This document shows positions 14,494-27,751 of a DNA stretch of 64,000 nt, in pieces. Position 1 is the stretch's first letter; each line of letters opens with the position of its first letter. The stretch covers positions 2,029-66,028 of the forward strand of contig ADNK01001114.1 in assembly GCA_000320545.1 (NCBI GenBank), given 5' to 3'. A program made the position numbers and the translations under genes. The notes below the pieces were generated by a model. It saw nothing but the letters and a program-made list of their open reading frames with translations, was not told the DNA's origin and did no database searches. The stretch is from Bigelowiella natans CCMP2755 (lineage: Eukaryota; Protista; Cercozoa).

Positions 14494-16287
14494 TCAGATT
14501 GTTTCGTCCAGACTCTTGGAATCTTCAGTCTTCAACTGTCGGCATTTAGCTTCCTTCTTGAGCGACTCTATGCAACGTTCCACCGCTCTCTCAATAGCTA
14601 GGCGTAACTTCAACATTGGCAACTTTTTCCAAGTTATTCGACTTCCAACTTGGCAGTACCTTTTCAAATCTGCTCCTGGGTCCGAGATCAGTTTAAAATA
14701 ATCCATTGCCCGAATCGGCGGGACCAGCGTGATGTCGCCGTCAAAGTTCTGCAGGAACAGTGACGTGGCCCCGATGTTGTCCTCGTTCACCAATCCCAAC
14801 CGATCAAGGATTAGAAGATTCTTCTTCATGTCAATTTTGAGCATCATTTCAAATGCGGAGAGCAAAAAGCCCCCTCGCCAACCACCGGTACGCCTCCTCC
14901 AGCGAGAGGGAGCTCCCGCCTCTCCCTGACCTCGAAAGTGAAACGGGACCATATGCGGATTGACCTGACTTACAATAGAGAAGCGAATATTGTACAATTC
15001 AGACATCTCTCGGATGGGTACATCGCGCTGGAAGCACCCGTCGACGAATTGCTCTACCGATTTAGCATGCCGCGGCACTACTTTGCCATCTGCTCTCTTC
15101 ACCAACAGCTGCTGTGGCTTTACGAATATCGACATGGCAGCCGAAGCTATTACTGCGCTGAAAATGACTACGTTCGGTGTTGTGTCGTGATTCAGCATAA
15201 CGGGTTGGCCATGCTCGCCAGCCTCAGAGACGTTAATGTTAATGACCCGGCCGGTGCGCTCAAAGGCCTCCTGAAAGGTCGTGTCTCCCTGGGTGAACCA
15301 TTTAATTTTTTCCACCCACTGCTTTCGTGAAAACAGCGACCCACTTTTGTACAATCGACTCAGGCATGTGAACGCGTCCTCGTCAAAGCAGGTAAGTCGC
15401 TGAACGAGCTCGCCAGTGTTGAGGATCGACTTCAGTTCCTCATCGGTGCGCGTACCAAGCAACGAGACGACAACCGCACCAGCGGAGGTACCCGAAAGAT
15501 ACTCTGGAAAGCAGTCTTGTTTAAGTAGAGCATCTATAATGCCCCAGTGGTAGTTCCCGTTTGATGCACCCCCGCTCAGGAACAAGCCTGTCTTCCCGTA
15601 CGATTTCTGCACTCGGGTCATAAACTTGATGGTGTGGCCCAGCATTTCTGAGGATAGCTTTGGGCTGTGATCGCCTAGCCATTGCATTGATTTTTCTACT
15701 TCTTCCACAAAAGCATGAACAGCATCCTTGGTGCGGCCCGTGTGGGAAACCGAGTACAGCTTCTCCTTCCATATTCCTCCAAGGTTCTTGCGAGTGCACT
15801 GACTAAAGACTTGCAAAATTTTCTCCGGCTCCCCTTTTGTCCTGTGGAAACGCATTTGCTGCGCTAGACTCTGAATCAGCGACCAATTGTACCTGGAGTC
15901 TGAAGATGAATCACGGAGCCACTTATCCAGCCCTTTGAGGCGATCCAGGCGATGGGCTACCTTCAGCCAGTCTTCATAGATCGTTGATTTCTGCATCTGC
16001 TTACGCAGATTTTGCGCCTTAGATGTGTAGAAGAAGGCCTCGAACCCATGGACCAATAGTCGTATCAGAACATATGCGCCGAGCTCGGCGAAGATGAGGC
16101 TCATGATTATGACAACCAAAGGCCATTTTACTACATTACGTGTTCCGAACTGTGCAAGCGCTAATGAGGACAGAAGCACAAAGACAAGAAGGGCAAGATG
16201 GTAATGAAACGCCAGTTGCCCTACTGCGACTAATATTGTTAGGAACGAAGCCCAGATCAGCCGAATCAAATCCCACGACGAATCCAT
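14494..16287 (-). CDS. Patatin-like triacylglycerol lipase (SDP1/TGL3/TGL4 type, DUF3336 + patatin) with N-terminal hydrophobic helices; intronless
   Basis: 597-aa ORF with YEDWLKVAHRLDRLKGLDKW (DUF3336), LFLSGGASNGNYHWG, GTSAG nucleophile motif, TTFQEAFERTGRVINI, TTPNVVIFSAVIASAA, FVDG and IVSQVNPH. Confidence 0.92.
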   Translation of the reverse strand: MDSSWDLIRLIWASFLTILVAVGQLAFHYHLALLVFVLLSSLALAQFGTRNVVKWPLVVIIMSLIFAELGAYVLIRLLVHGFEAFFYTSKAQNLRKQMQKSTIYEDWLKVAHRLDRLKGLDKWLRDSSSDSRYNWSLIQSLAQQMRFHRTKGEPEKILQVFSQCTRKNLGGIWKEKLYSVSHTGRTKDAVHAFVEEVEKSMQWLGDHSPKLSSEMLGHTIKFMTRVQKSYGKTGLFLSGGASNGNYHWGIIDALLKQDCFPEYLSGTSAGAVVVSLLGTRTDEELKSILNTGELVQRLTCFDEDAFTCLSRLYKSGSLFSRKQWVEKIKWFTQGDTTFQEAFERTGRVININVSEAGEHGQPVMLNHDTTPNVVIFSAVIASAAMSIFVKPQQLLVKRADGKVVPRHAKSVEQFVDGCFQRDVPIREMSELYNIRFSIVSQVNPHMVPFHFRGQGEAGAPSRWRRRTGGWRGGFLLSAFEMMLKIDMKKNLLILDRLGLVNEDNIGATSLFLQNFDGDITLVPPIRAMDYFKLISDPGADLKRYCQVGSRITWKKLPMLKLRLAIERAVERCIESLKKEAKCRQLKTEDSKSLDETI

Positions 16288-17434
16288 CCCTGCAAAATCG
16301 TTGTGCAGTTAGATAAACACCTGATCTCCAGAGCAAATTGGAATTAAAAAAGTAGATAGCGAGTGAGAGAAAATCATGCGCGGGTCTTCCCATCGTACCA
16401 AGTGCCACGTGGTAGCAGTCTCTTCTCTTCCCCCAGACCGGAGCGGGAGGCAAAGAGGGTAGCACCGGGCGGAAATGCGCTGATTGGAAGCTAATCCACG
16501 AAAAAGAGCATGTCGCAAGTTTAAATTGCATGCGGTTTACGGTCGATATTCGAGAAGCTGGATCACGGGGAAATAGACGTGGATACCCACAAAAGCCAGA
16601 CAGCCATCGTCACTTTTTCTCATTCATAGTCTTGTCCTTTGGCATGTTTTCCGGGCCGCAATAATTCTGAACTGCGATTAATCTAGATCTACACGGTGGT
16701 TTCCGTTCCGCAGCGCAGCGCTACTAGATCTACGACAAGTCATCAAGTCAATCAGGGCGTGTGCTTTCGTAGGAAGAATGATCCGAGAAGGTTTCTTTAG
16801 AACTCGCTGGTCGCCCGAGCCTTTTTTTGCAGCCCCGCGACCGAAACATGAGAATTCCCTCGCTAAACGCAAGACGCAGCATGAAGATCTCGGGGAATTT
16901 CCTTCTCGGCAAAAATGAACAAATGACTACCCAAGCTTCGAGCTTCGAACACCCCGAACGCCGGATGTCCTGGAGTTCCGGTATTTTTAATATTTGACGA
17001 AAAATTGCCTGGATTTTAGGATGTTTCGCTTTCTGGAAAGGCGCGTGGATCAGAGCTAAATGCGGCAGTTCGCCCCATTGCAGTCACAAGGGACGGAGAA
17101 AGTGAAGAGCCAGTCCCCTTTCTTCGTTCAGTGAAAATAGGTTTTAGATTGAGAGAATCTCGGGGTGGAGGAGATGCAGTCAGGTATCGCAGATAGATGC
17201 AACTCCGCGCAAATTGGGGTTGAGGGTGGCGCGGCCGGTGAGCTGGGGATTCCCACAGATAAAAAAAAAATCGACAACACATAAAAGAAGATGTGTCGTA
17301 TTTGTTCACGCTTGCATGTAGCATGTTTCTTTACGGATAGTTGCGGTTTGGGGTGACAATTTTGGCGGACATTTAGTGGAGTGGTGCTGTGCGAAACCCC
17401 GCTCCAACAACACACCTTTTGTTATTTTGTAGCA

Positions 17435-20400
17435 ATGGATGTAGTGGCGCCCACACCTAAGGAAACCATGGAAACAAAAACGGTCGATATGGAAGGGGGA
17501 AAGAAGGACCAATGGAAATATCCTGTTGTCACAACCGGCAGCGACAAACCGAGTAATATCACCTCGGAGGAGACAACCATAACTCAAACAGAGGAGGAAA
17601 AATCTGTACATACGGTTTCTGGCAACCCCGCTGAGAAATCTTCTCATGATGGCGGCGATAAAGCTATGCATAAGGATGAGGCCTTGGCGGCAAAAAATAG
17701 CAAGCTCGACGACTCCATGAAGAGAAGCTTCACCCAAGATGTGGCCGATGCCATGGCAGAGAAGCAGGAGGCCTCTCCTCAACATGAACATGAACGCGAA
17801 GTGGGAGACGGGACGCAGTTTGGACGATATCTGATCAAGAAAATTTTGTGTCAAAAAACGGATGGTTGGACTTATCTTGCTACTAGGAAGACATCAGATA
17901 ATAAGGAGATCAGGTAAAGAAGGGGTGGGATGGGGAGGAAGGAGCCACGGATAGTGCACAAAATACAGGGTTTGAAAAAAGGGGGAGAAAGATATAGGGA
18001 AGGAGTGAGAGACACACACAGAGAGAGAACAGGAGAATGAAATAAGTGTTTACCAATCTAAAACGCTCCAATGCTAAAATGCTACAGCGTCGCCTTAAAA
18101 CTTCAAAGGAAATTCAAGGAGAAGGACGTGCTGAAGTAAGTCTAACACAAAAACCAAATTTCACATGTTGTCAAATGCAAAAACTTTTCAAAAGCCTGAT
18201 TCTCATTATGTTACAGATCCTTGCGGGCAGAAAGGAAGGCGTTAGAAACTCTCAAGTATTGCCCATTCGTCGCGAAATTTTACGATCTGACACTGGAGAG
18301 AGTCGCGGACAGAGAGGGACAGCAACGTGTGGCTGCCATGGCTCTTGAGTACTGCCCTCATGGAGCTTTCTTCGACTACCTCAAACACGTGCGATTCAGC
18401 CAAAATCTTGTCCGTGCGTATTGGAGGCAGTTGTGCGAGGCGCTCAAGGCTCTGCACCGCCACCAGATCATCCACAGAAACATCACCGTATCGGAAATAG
18501 AGATAGGTAGCGACTTCAATCTTAAGCTGAGCGGGTTTGAGATGTGCGCCTTCGGCACAAAGGCATGCGGGGTCGTCGGTACGCGCATGTACATGGCTCC
18601 TGAGATGAAGTTATACGACACGACGAAGAGGCCCTACAATTCGAAGGTGGACATTTACAGCGCGGGCGCCGTGCTGTTCATTATGCTTTACGGCTGGAAT
18701 CCGACCGACAGAATTCCCGCAGCAGAGCGCGCACTGACCAGGGGCGACAGACGCGGTTTCTGGAAAACGCACCTCAAATGGATACTCCGAAAGCGGAAGC
18801 CTGAATTTCAAGAGCAGGGCGTGAACGAGATGATCCAGAGGCTGGCAGCGAGCCCGGAGGACGACTACCCCATTGTTCTAAACGCCTCTGGGCATGAGCC
18901 ATACGCCTGCTATGAGTCGGCCGATGTCACGGAATATCTCTCGCAGGTCTTGAGAAGCTCGACTGAGAGCACATTGATATCTGGCTTCAAGCTGCCCGAA
19001 ATGGACCTCATCGATGGCGTGCTCCACGCGCAGCCAACCGAGCGGTGGAGTCTCCGGCAAATACTTCTCCACCCGTTCAATACCGTTCATCTCTGCACCA
19101 ATCCGCAGGTCTTCATCGATGAGATTCGAAGGAAGGGAGAGCAGGTGAAGGCAGAAGCAGAAAAGGCGAAGGCCGGCCATGACAACGATGAGAAGGGAGG
19201 AGGAGGAGGAGGAGGAGGAGGAGGAGGAGGAAAAGCAGAGTTTGGAGACTACCAACCAAAATTTGCTGGCCTCAAATCTTCGGCGTCTCCTGAAATAAAG
19301 GTGTCCACCACAACCACCACCACCAACAACAACAACCCTGTTGCTGCTGCTGCTGCTGACACTACTGTCACCAGCGCCACTACCGCAGCTGCTACATCAT
19401 CGTCAGCACCATCTTCTTCACTAGGAAAACATGCCCTGGACAATGTCAACGGCAGCAGCTCTTACAGCAGAGGTCATAATGGTAGCTTGGAGCCTTCCCC
19501 GAAGAGAGCACGGCACCACGCCAATGATGGGATGATGGTCGAGGTCGGCCAGGCGGTCCAGCAGGAGGAAAAGCCAAGAATGGTGGGGAGAGGAGGAGGA
19601 GGAGGAGGAGGAGGAGGAGAGGGAAAAGGTGGTAGTGGTGGTAGTAATAATCGGGGAGGTGGAGGGCTTACCGGCGAGCATTGGGATAGATTCGATGGAT
19701 CACGATACAACATCATCAAAAAGCTCTCTCACGACGCCGGTTCCATCACATATCTGGCCAAGTATCGGGCCAGAGACGCACAAGGTAGTAACTAGCAGTA
19801 AACGTGGTGCTAGTGCTGGTGCTGGTGCTGGCATCTATGGTGATGTGATGCTAGATGAGAGAACCAAAATGATGGACATTTGGTACCATGACGAAATTCT
19901 ATATATATTTATTTTTCAACCACATTCTGTGGCGACATATTCGCCTTCAACCGGTCTATCCCCCTCTCTCCATCTATCTACCCATATCCCCCCCCTCTCG
20001 CTCTCCCCCTCCCCTCACCACATTGGGAAACTACTCTCGACAGGTATTGAGCAGGACGACGTGGAGGTTGCCCTTAAGGTGCTGTGGCGCAACAGCGTCG
20101 AGGAGCAGCGCGAAGACCTGATGCGAGAGATCGAAGCGCTAAAATACCTCAAGGGCTGTTCCAACATCGTGGGACTCTTCGCATTGATTGAGGAGGTTGG
20201 CGTTGAGCGTACGGATGGGGCGAATTCTGTCGTCCCGGCTCTCGCGTTTGAGTACTGCCCCTACGGAGACCTGTTCTCGTACCTGCGTCTGGCACCACCA
20301 TTCAGTGCTCGCCTCGTTCGGGTGTACTTCAGGCAGCTCTGCGACGGCCTCGAGGCCATGGAAAAGTGAGGAGGAAGAGTGTTGTTGTTGTTGTTGTTGT

Positions 20401-20876
20401 TATTGCTGTTGTCGTTCATGGTCGTCATCAATCGCCGTCGCCGTTCTACGTTGTACATCACTGCCCGGCCCTCCCTCTTGCGGATGCAATTAGTTGGGAC
20501 GGCACGAACGTTGAGATAGAAGAAGAATAACAATAATAATAATGATAGTAGTAGTATGAATTATTATTAATAATAATAATAATTCAAAGGTACGGGATCA
20601 TCCACCGGAACATCAAGCTCGTTAACCTCCTGATCGGGCGAGACTGGAAGCTGAAGCTCAGTGCATTCGAGATGTGCTCCATGGGGGGGAGCGCAAAGTG
20701 TAAGTGCGGGGCCGTAGGAGGCATGGCGCCTGAGGTCAGGAACTTCCCCATCACAAGGTATTATCATCATTATTATTATTATTTTTCTTTTATTATTGCT
20801 GAAAACGGAGAGCATGACCAGACATGAGGGGAAAAGGGGGGAGGGGAAAAGAGAGCACCTGAAGCAACGATGGTGT

Positions 20877-20910
<34 letters not shown>

Positions 20911-21423
20911 GATGATGATGACGATGATGATGATGATGACATAAATTCAATTAATATTCACCTCCATACGGCAGCAGCAGCAACAAATGGTGCGGTGTGA
21001 TAACACGTTTCTGGATTTTGACCCCCCCCCTCTCCCCCCTCTCCCCCCCCTCCCTTCCTCCGACTGCTCTCTACGTGGGATCTGCTGCGTTGTTGTCACA
21101 GGGTTCCCTACAATTCAAAAGCCGACATATACAGCGCTGGTGCAGTGTTGTTCTGCATGGTTTTCGGATGGCACCCAACCCAAGGCCTCCCTGGTGCGGA
21201 CACGGCGATTCTCAGGGGCAATTTCACCGCCTTCTGGAACGTCCATTTGAGGTGGATCTTCTCACGGTCCCGGGGCAGGAGCCTGAAGCCTACGTTGAGA
21301 ACATCCGTGCAAGTCTCTAGTGGTAGTCCAGAAGATAAAGAGCAACACTACGACAACAACAACGACGACGCGACACCAGACAAAAAATAATGATGGGGCT
21401 ATCTGTATTATCTCCTATGCATG

Positions 21424-21461
<38 letters not shown>

Positions 21462-21618
21462 GCAAGCACGGACGCACATTAATAAATGTTCTGCTAATCG
21501 TGAAGTAGGAATGTCGCGGGTACGAGCAGCCTTAATGGAGGAAACCCAGAAAAGATCGTTCCCAATGGTGCTCGCAGCTGCTGGACTTAGCCTCTACTTC
21601 GCGTGCTACAATCAGCGG

Positions 21619-21660
<42 letters not shown>

Positions 21661-22110
21661 TATAATATTTCCATGAACTAAAAATGTTATTCCCTCGTTC
21701 TCCTCCTCTTAGTGATGTGGAGGCGTTTATCAGCAAGTTGGCAAACATCGTCGAGAGCAGGGGCCCTCCCCCCCCTGCTCCTTCTCAAATGAAAGAGGTG
21801 GAGATCCTGAGCTTCCACCTAGCTGAGATGGAGCTCATCGATGGAATGCTGCATCCAAATCCGGCCGTACGCTGGAGCTTAGACCGTATCAAGTCCCACC
21901 CGTTCTTGAATAACCCGTTTGATGTCGGAGAGCACGCCGAAGCATGCATGGTAGTAGTAGTAGTAGTAGTAGTAGAAGTAGTGGTAGTAGCAGTAGCAGC
22001 AGCCTGAATAGTGTGGTGGGTGTGCTGTTGCTGGTGTTGATGGTTAGCAGTAGTAAAATTGCGGGGTAGGAGGGATGGATGTTAATGGGTGTTATGGATA
22101 ATTGGCAGTC

Positions 22111-22149
<39 letters not shown>

Positions 22150-22636
22150 TGCACACACACACACACACACACGCACATGCACACACACTCTTAAATTATG
22201 CAACACGCGCACGCCTAAACACGCCCGCACCGCCACCCCCCACTCCCCACTCCCACCCCCCGTGTTTTCACGACGTCTTTTCTCCACACAAACGAGCAGC
22301 GGTCGGTCGTCGAGGAGCTCCAGGTGAAGCAGAGGATCTTAAGCGCTCGGGGGGAAGTGAAGAGGCATGATGGTGAGGCTGCTAAGCAGCCCAACAGCAG
22401 CACCAGCACCAGTAAGACGAAGGCAGCAGTCCCTGTCAGCAGCGCCGTGAAAGAAGACATCGGCCTCCCTCAAAAAGAGAAAGGCGAGCCGCAGAAGGAA
22501 GAAGCTGCTACAGCCGATCAGAGATCAGGACAGCAGCGACATTCATCTTCTTCTTCTTCTCCTCCTCCTTCTTCTTGGTCACCCACTCCTCGCATCAAAA
22601 GCGAGGGGAAAGCAGTAGCAGCAGCAGGAAATACGC

Positions 22637-22667
<31 letters not shown>

Positions 22668-23770
22668 AGCACCAGCGGCAGCGGTGCGGGGAACGGCGAC
22701 AGAAGATACGAGTCGAAGGATGGTGAAAGTTAAAGTGGAGGATACCACCGATAAGATGATGGTGGAAGTGGAAACAGGGAAAGAGGACAAAGGGGGAGCG
22801 GGAGAGGGGAAGGCGTTGTTGTCCTTATCTGCTGGGAACAATGGTAAGAAGGACGTCAAAAACGAAGGGAGAAAGGAGAAGGACGAAGAGGAGAAGGTGG
22901 CAACGGCAAGGGGCACGACAGCGGCGATGGAAGCGGATGATGGTGATGATGATGATAATGATGATAATGATGAGAAACGAGTAGTAGAACCCCCCTCCTC
23001 ATTAGTGGTGGCAACAACCAGCAGTAGCAGCAGCAGCGTTATTTCTTGTGCTGCTGCTCCAGCGACTACGACGACGACGACTACCGAAGAAGAAAAGACT
23101 GCCATAACCACCAAGGAAGAAGAGAAAAAGAGTGCAGCAGTCGTCAAGCGTGAGAAGCAGCAGCCCGTCTCTTCCTCTTCTTCCTCCTCCTCCTCCTCCT
23201 CCTCCTCCTCCTCCTCTCTTCCCAGATCGTCGTCGTCATCGATGTCGATATTGGAGAAGGAGGAGGGAATAGACCTTAGCCACCGCCGCATTGAGAACCC
23301 GACAACTAAGGAGTCTTATCAGTACGTGAGCGATCTTGGAAGTGGTGCGTATGGCCACGTCATTAAGGCACGCGACTCCAACGGCATCATGAGGTAGTAG
23401 TGGGGGAGGGAAAGGACGATACGGGAGAGCATCGAGAGAGCATGGTGGCAGACCGCTTGCGGCGATGATAACCAGTGATGTCGCCATTCGTCCATCTATT
23501 TTCATCGACGGGTGTTGTTGTATGGTCCGTGTTGTTTCGGTCTCTCTTTAGGGCGTTGAAGATCCAAAAGAGTCGCTGCGACAGCTACCACCACCACCAC
23601 CACCACCACCTCTCCGGAGATAGGAAGGAGGAGAAGAGCGAAGGGTGAGGAGTGTTGTCGCTATCAATGCCTTGCCCTGCAGCCAGACAACGACTGTCTT
23701 TGCCCCTCCTCGCCATTCTCCCTTCTCCGTTGGTTGGGTGTATTCGTTTGCGTGGATCGTTGATTGTGCC

Positions 23771-23806
<36 letters not shown>

Positions 23807-24171
23807 ACTGATGATACTGATGATGTGGTGACATTAGACAACTTCGCGACGAGCGGCGTGAGATCTGGGAAAACGAGGCCAAAGTCCTCCAAGAGCTCAA
23901 CGACTGCGATTACAGCGTCAGCCTTATCAGCGCCTTTGTCGCGGAGTTCCACATAAAGAAACCGGTGAAGGAGGAGGAAGAGGAAGAGGGAGGAGCTGCA
24001 ATCAGTCAAGAGGCAACAGCGGCAGTGACAACAACAACAACAACAACAGATGCTGCGCTAGAGAGGGCAGGGACGGAATCTGGGTCGTCGTGTGTACATA
24101 GTAGTAAGAGGGCTGGTGATGATAATGCCACGCATTACGGTAGCACTACAAGTAGTTGTAGTAAAAGTACC

Positions 24172-24205
<34 letters not shown>

Positions 24206-24666
24206 GCAATAAAAGTAGCAGTAGAAGAAGAAGAAGAAGGAAAAGAAATATCTCCTCCTCCTCCTCCTCCTCCTCCTCCCTCCTCCTCGTCCAAGACGAC
24301 GACGCGACGTTTTGTCCTCGTCATGGACATTCTCGACAACGGCCTTTCCGACGAGCTGCACTTCGCCATAGCCTACAGCAGGAGGCTTCTCAGAGGCTAC
24401 GCGCAGCAGCTGCTTGGAATGCTTGGCCAGCTCCACGCGCGCAATGTAGTCCACGGAGACCTTAGCTTCGGAAATCTCCTCCTCTCCAAGGACACGGGCC
24501 GCCTTGTACTTGCTGATTTCGGATTTGCGAAGTCCTCCTCCTCCCCCTCGTCGTCGTCGTCGTCATCGAGCGGGCTGATGCCCCCCCACCCAGGTTTTAG
24601 TCGCGGTGAGTCATCATCCTTCTACACTGCGCCAGAGCTGCTGGCGAAAAGGCGAGTAGTACCGCC

Positions 24667-24707
<41 letters not shown>

Positions 24708-24982
24708 CAACGCTGCCCGCTGATAAGGAGAAGGATGATGTGCTCATACCGGATGCTGCTTCTGCTGGTGGTAGCGGTGGTGCTATTATCGATAATAATG
24801 ATGAGAATGAGGAGGAGAAAGAAAAGTCGAAGAAGACGATGATTAGGTAATTGTAGCAGTATCATCAATAGGAGTAACGGCAAGTATTATTATTATTATT
24901 ATTATTAGAAGTAGTAGTAGTTGTTGTTGTTGTAGTGGCGAGACCCTTTTGGACAGAAGCTACTGACAACGGAGTAACGATC

Positions 24983-25015
<33 letters not shown>

Positions 25016-26807
25016 CTGACTTCACTGTGCGTATCGTCACTGATAGCCTGCCTGTAAGGTCCATGAGGAGGCGCCCTTCCCCCTTCCTCCTCCTCCTCCT
25101 CCTCCTCTGAACGCCATCCCTAATCCTCCTCAGCTATTCCTCGAAAGTGGACATCTACAGCGCGGGGGTGATGCTGCTCACGATGTTCCTGGGGCCAGGG
25201 ATCATAAGCGCCTACAAGAGGGCGCAGAGGACAGGCAAGGTGAAGGACTTCTGGAGCAAAATGGTGGGAGAAGAAAAGGAAGGAGGAGCGGCCAGCAAGA
25301 GTGCCCTGCCCGGCGATTGCCACCCCCGTTATCACCACCATCTCAGTCAAGAAGAGAGCGTGCTGCTAGATGGAATGCTACAGCGTGACCCCGAGGCTCG
25401 GTGGGGTATGGCCAGAGTAAGGGCAGCAGCCAAACGTTGTTTCTTAGAGCAGGAGCAGGAGGAGGAGGAGGAGGGGAAGATGAGAGAAATGGAAGGGGGG
25501 GTACTAGGAAGAAGAACCAACACCCTCGTTAGCAGCAAGAGCAACAGCAAGAACTCTGCTTCTCAGCAGACAAATCTGGTGATGATTCTAATCTGTGAGA
25601 GCATTCGTATGGTTGCTGTCGACACACACACACACGCATGCAAAGCGCACGCTTGTAACAAGTAAGAAGAGAGGATACGAATATCCGCGCGCCAACCGAA
25701 GCTAATAAACCTTGATTCTTTTTTGTCGCACCATCCAGCTGGGGCGCGTGGAGGATGTGCGCCGGAGCTGCCGAAAGCTACGGAGGAATGGCGTTGATCA
25801 CGACATCGAGTCATCACAACGGAAACTGCATCTTGTGCTAGAACCGTACGACAAGAGTCGTACTAGCGAAGCGGTAATATTCGAGGAGTTGCTCAGACAT
25901 CACTGGCAACACCGATATGATATTTACGCTGTCCCCGATTCAGCAAAGACGGAACTGTCGGTGCATTCGGCCCTCTCATTACGACAGCTCCTTGCAAGAT
26001 TTCCGTCTTTGCCGTTTTGGATATGATGATGCTTCCAGACACCATTTTCGCTCCTCAGTCGCAGCGGCTGGCAAAAACCTCTTTCATGATGCTTTCCATT
26101 TACTACATGTACTACTACATGGATGACGATGTGATCGAATATATACGTGCATTTTGGACCGCATTTCTCTTTCAACTATCCAATGTGTGCCGTTCATGAG
26201 TTAATTTTCGACGTCACCACTGCCACCCCCTCCCCCTAGGAGCTCCCGAAGACGGAGGCTACTGTGTACAGGAGAGAGGCCCGACCTGGGAAATGCTACA
26301 CCGTCCTGGAGTGCTTCGGTGTTGACCCAAAAGACGCGCTGAAGTTGCTTCTCAACTACTTCATGAGCTTGCCTGACGTATATTTAGACACGACGGACAT
26401 CGACTCCTTCTCGGTACTGACCACTGCTCCTGTTTTCGTCCCCCACCCCCCCCCCCCCCCCTTTCTTTCTCTGGGTGTGCGTGCGTCGTTCAGATGAAAA
26501 ATGATTCAATTCCTCAAGTTGGCCACGTGTGTATCTTCAGGTTCTGATATCCTTAAAGCTACGCGAGAAAGCCGACCTCAAAGACGGCGGAGCCAAGGAT
26601 AAAAAGGAAGAGGGGGAGGAAGAGCATCAACCGCCTCAACCACCTCTTCACATCATCCAAAGCGTAGTCAAGGTCTTCCAATCGCCAGACGATCCGGAGA
26701 GCTCGCTGATAGAACTCAGGAATCATGGCACCGAGGCCATGGTATTTCTCGAATTTTTCGAATCCTTGAGGAAGGTGCTGCCCTATCGTGTGCATTGCTA
26801 TTATTAG
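17435..26807 (+). CDS. Tandem triple protein kinase (two pseudokinase domains and one apparently active domain) with a C-terminal KA1/NAF-like domain; ~16 exons, ~2,100 aa
   Basis: All introns splice GT-AG in compatible phase. Domain 1 (~17825-19080): VALK, HRNITVSE, SGFE, APE. Domain 2 (~19700-21910): VALK, HRNIKLVN, SAFE, APE. Domain 3 (~23316-25440): LGSGAYG, ALK, HGDLSFGN, DFG, APE, VDIYSAG. Tail: VKVFQSPDDPESSLIELRNHGTEAMVFLEFFESLRKVL, which is KA1-like. Confidence 0.85.
19190..26470. repeat. Dense microsatellite field, (GGA)n, (GAT)n, (GTA)n, (AAT)n, (CA)n, in introns and exons of the kinase gene
   Basis: Examples: (GGA)n 19196-19230, (CA)n 21623-21658 and 22110-22187, (GTA)n 21951-21975, (GAT)n 23771-23806, (AAT)n 24172-24203. 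Confidence 0.95.
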
Positions 26808-27751
26808 CTTTTATACTTTTTGTAAGCAGCGTGTTTTCCCTAGCGGACGATATTAACAGCAGGTAGATTATTTCGTGTATGCAAGTGCTCAGAAATCAAC
26901 CCGCCATGACAACGCTTGTTAAAATTTGAATACGCGTTGCGTGAGGTGTAGAAGAGATGCATGTCATCACTGAAGTTTGTAGGTGTTTTCCATGTGATGC
27001 CGCGATCTCATTTAGATGCTTTCATCATTACCCTTGAGAATATGAGAATTCGTGGCGCTACGCTGCCTGCTAGCCCGCCTTACAAATACTCCTGATCTCA
27101 TAGAATGTTGCGTGCTGCATGTGTACATGCAATCTGCTGCAGCCCTCCGTGTGCGCGATCTTGTAAAAATAGATTTTGCAAGAATGCATGGTGTTGAGTT
27201 GCTTTGTGCGTACAAACAACTTGTCTAGTTGTGCCTTGATGCACGATACACAACAGCATGCACGATCGATGTCAGCAATTGCGGCGCGCAATGAAGTGCG
27301 AACCATGCAGGCCTTGGTGTAGCTCGAGAGAGACTATAGAGACTCGTACGCAGACAATCGATATCCTTCCACACATACATGCATGCGCATTACACACATA
27401 CATTTTGCGTATTACGTTGCTTGACAGCGCTCATTCGTATTGACTGTTATATCTACATTCTATATGTAGCGAAGACGCAGGGAGACGCACTACTTTCCCG
27501 CTTATCTCTGCATGCATGTAGCTCAGATGTGATATCGATTTCGTACGCTGTCTTTCAAGCGCGTCGTCAGTTTGCAAGCTACGATATTAATGTTGGTAGT
27601 ATATAATAAGATGATGTGTTATACAGACTTAACTTGCAAGTATGATCGTGTCTGAAGCACTGCAAAGCTAACGAAATAATGAGCACAGGTTCCAAGCCTG
27701 CATGTTGATGCTCCTCCTCGTCGCTCTCCACCATGCGCTTCCAGCCCATTT

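Noticed and set aside
25874-26239. Nested gene or alternative exon in a repeat-free kinase intron
   Set aside because: Only short ORFs with no recognisable motif; cannot be supported without transcripts.
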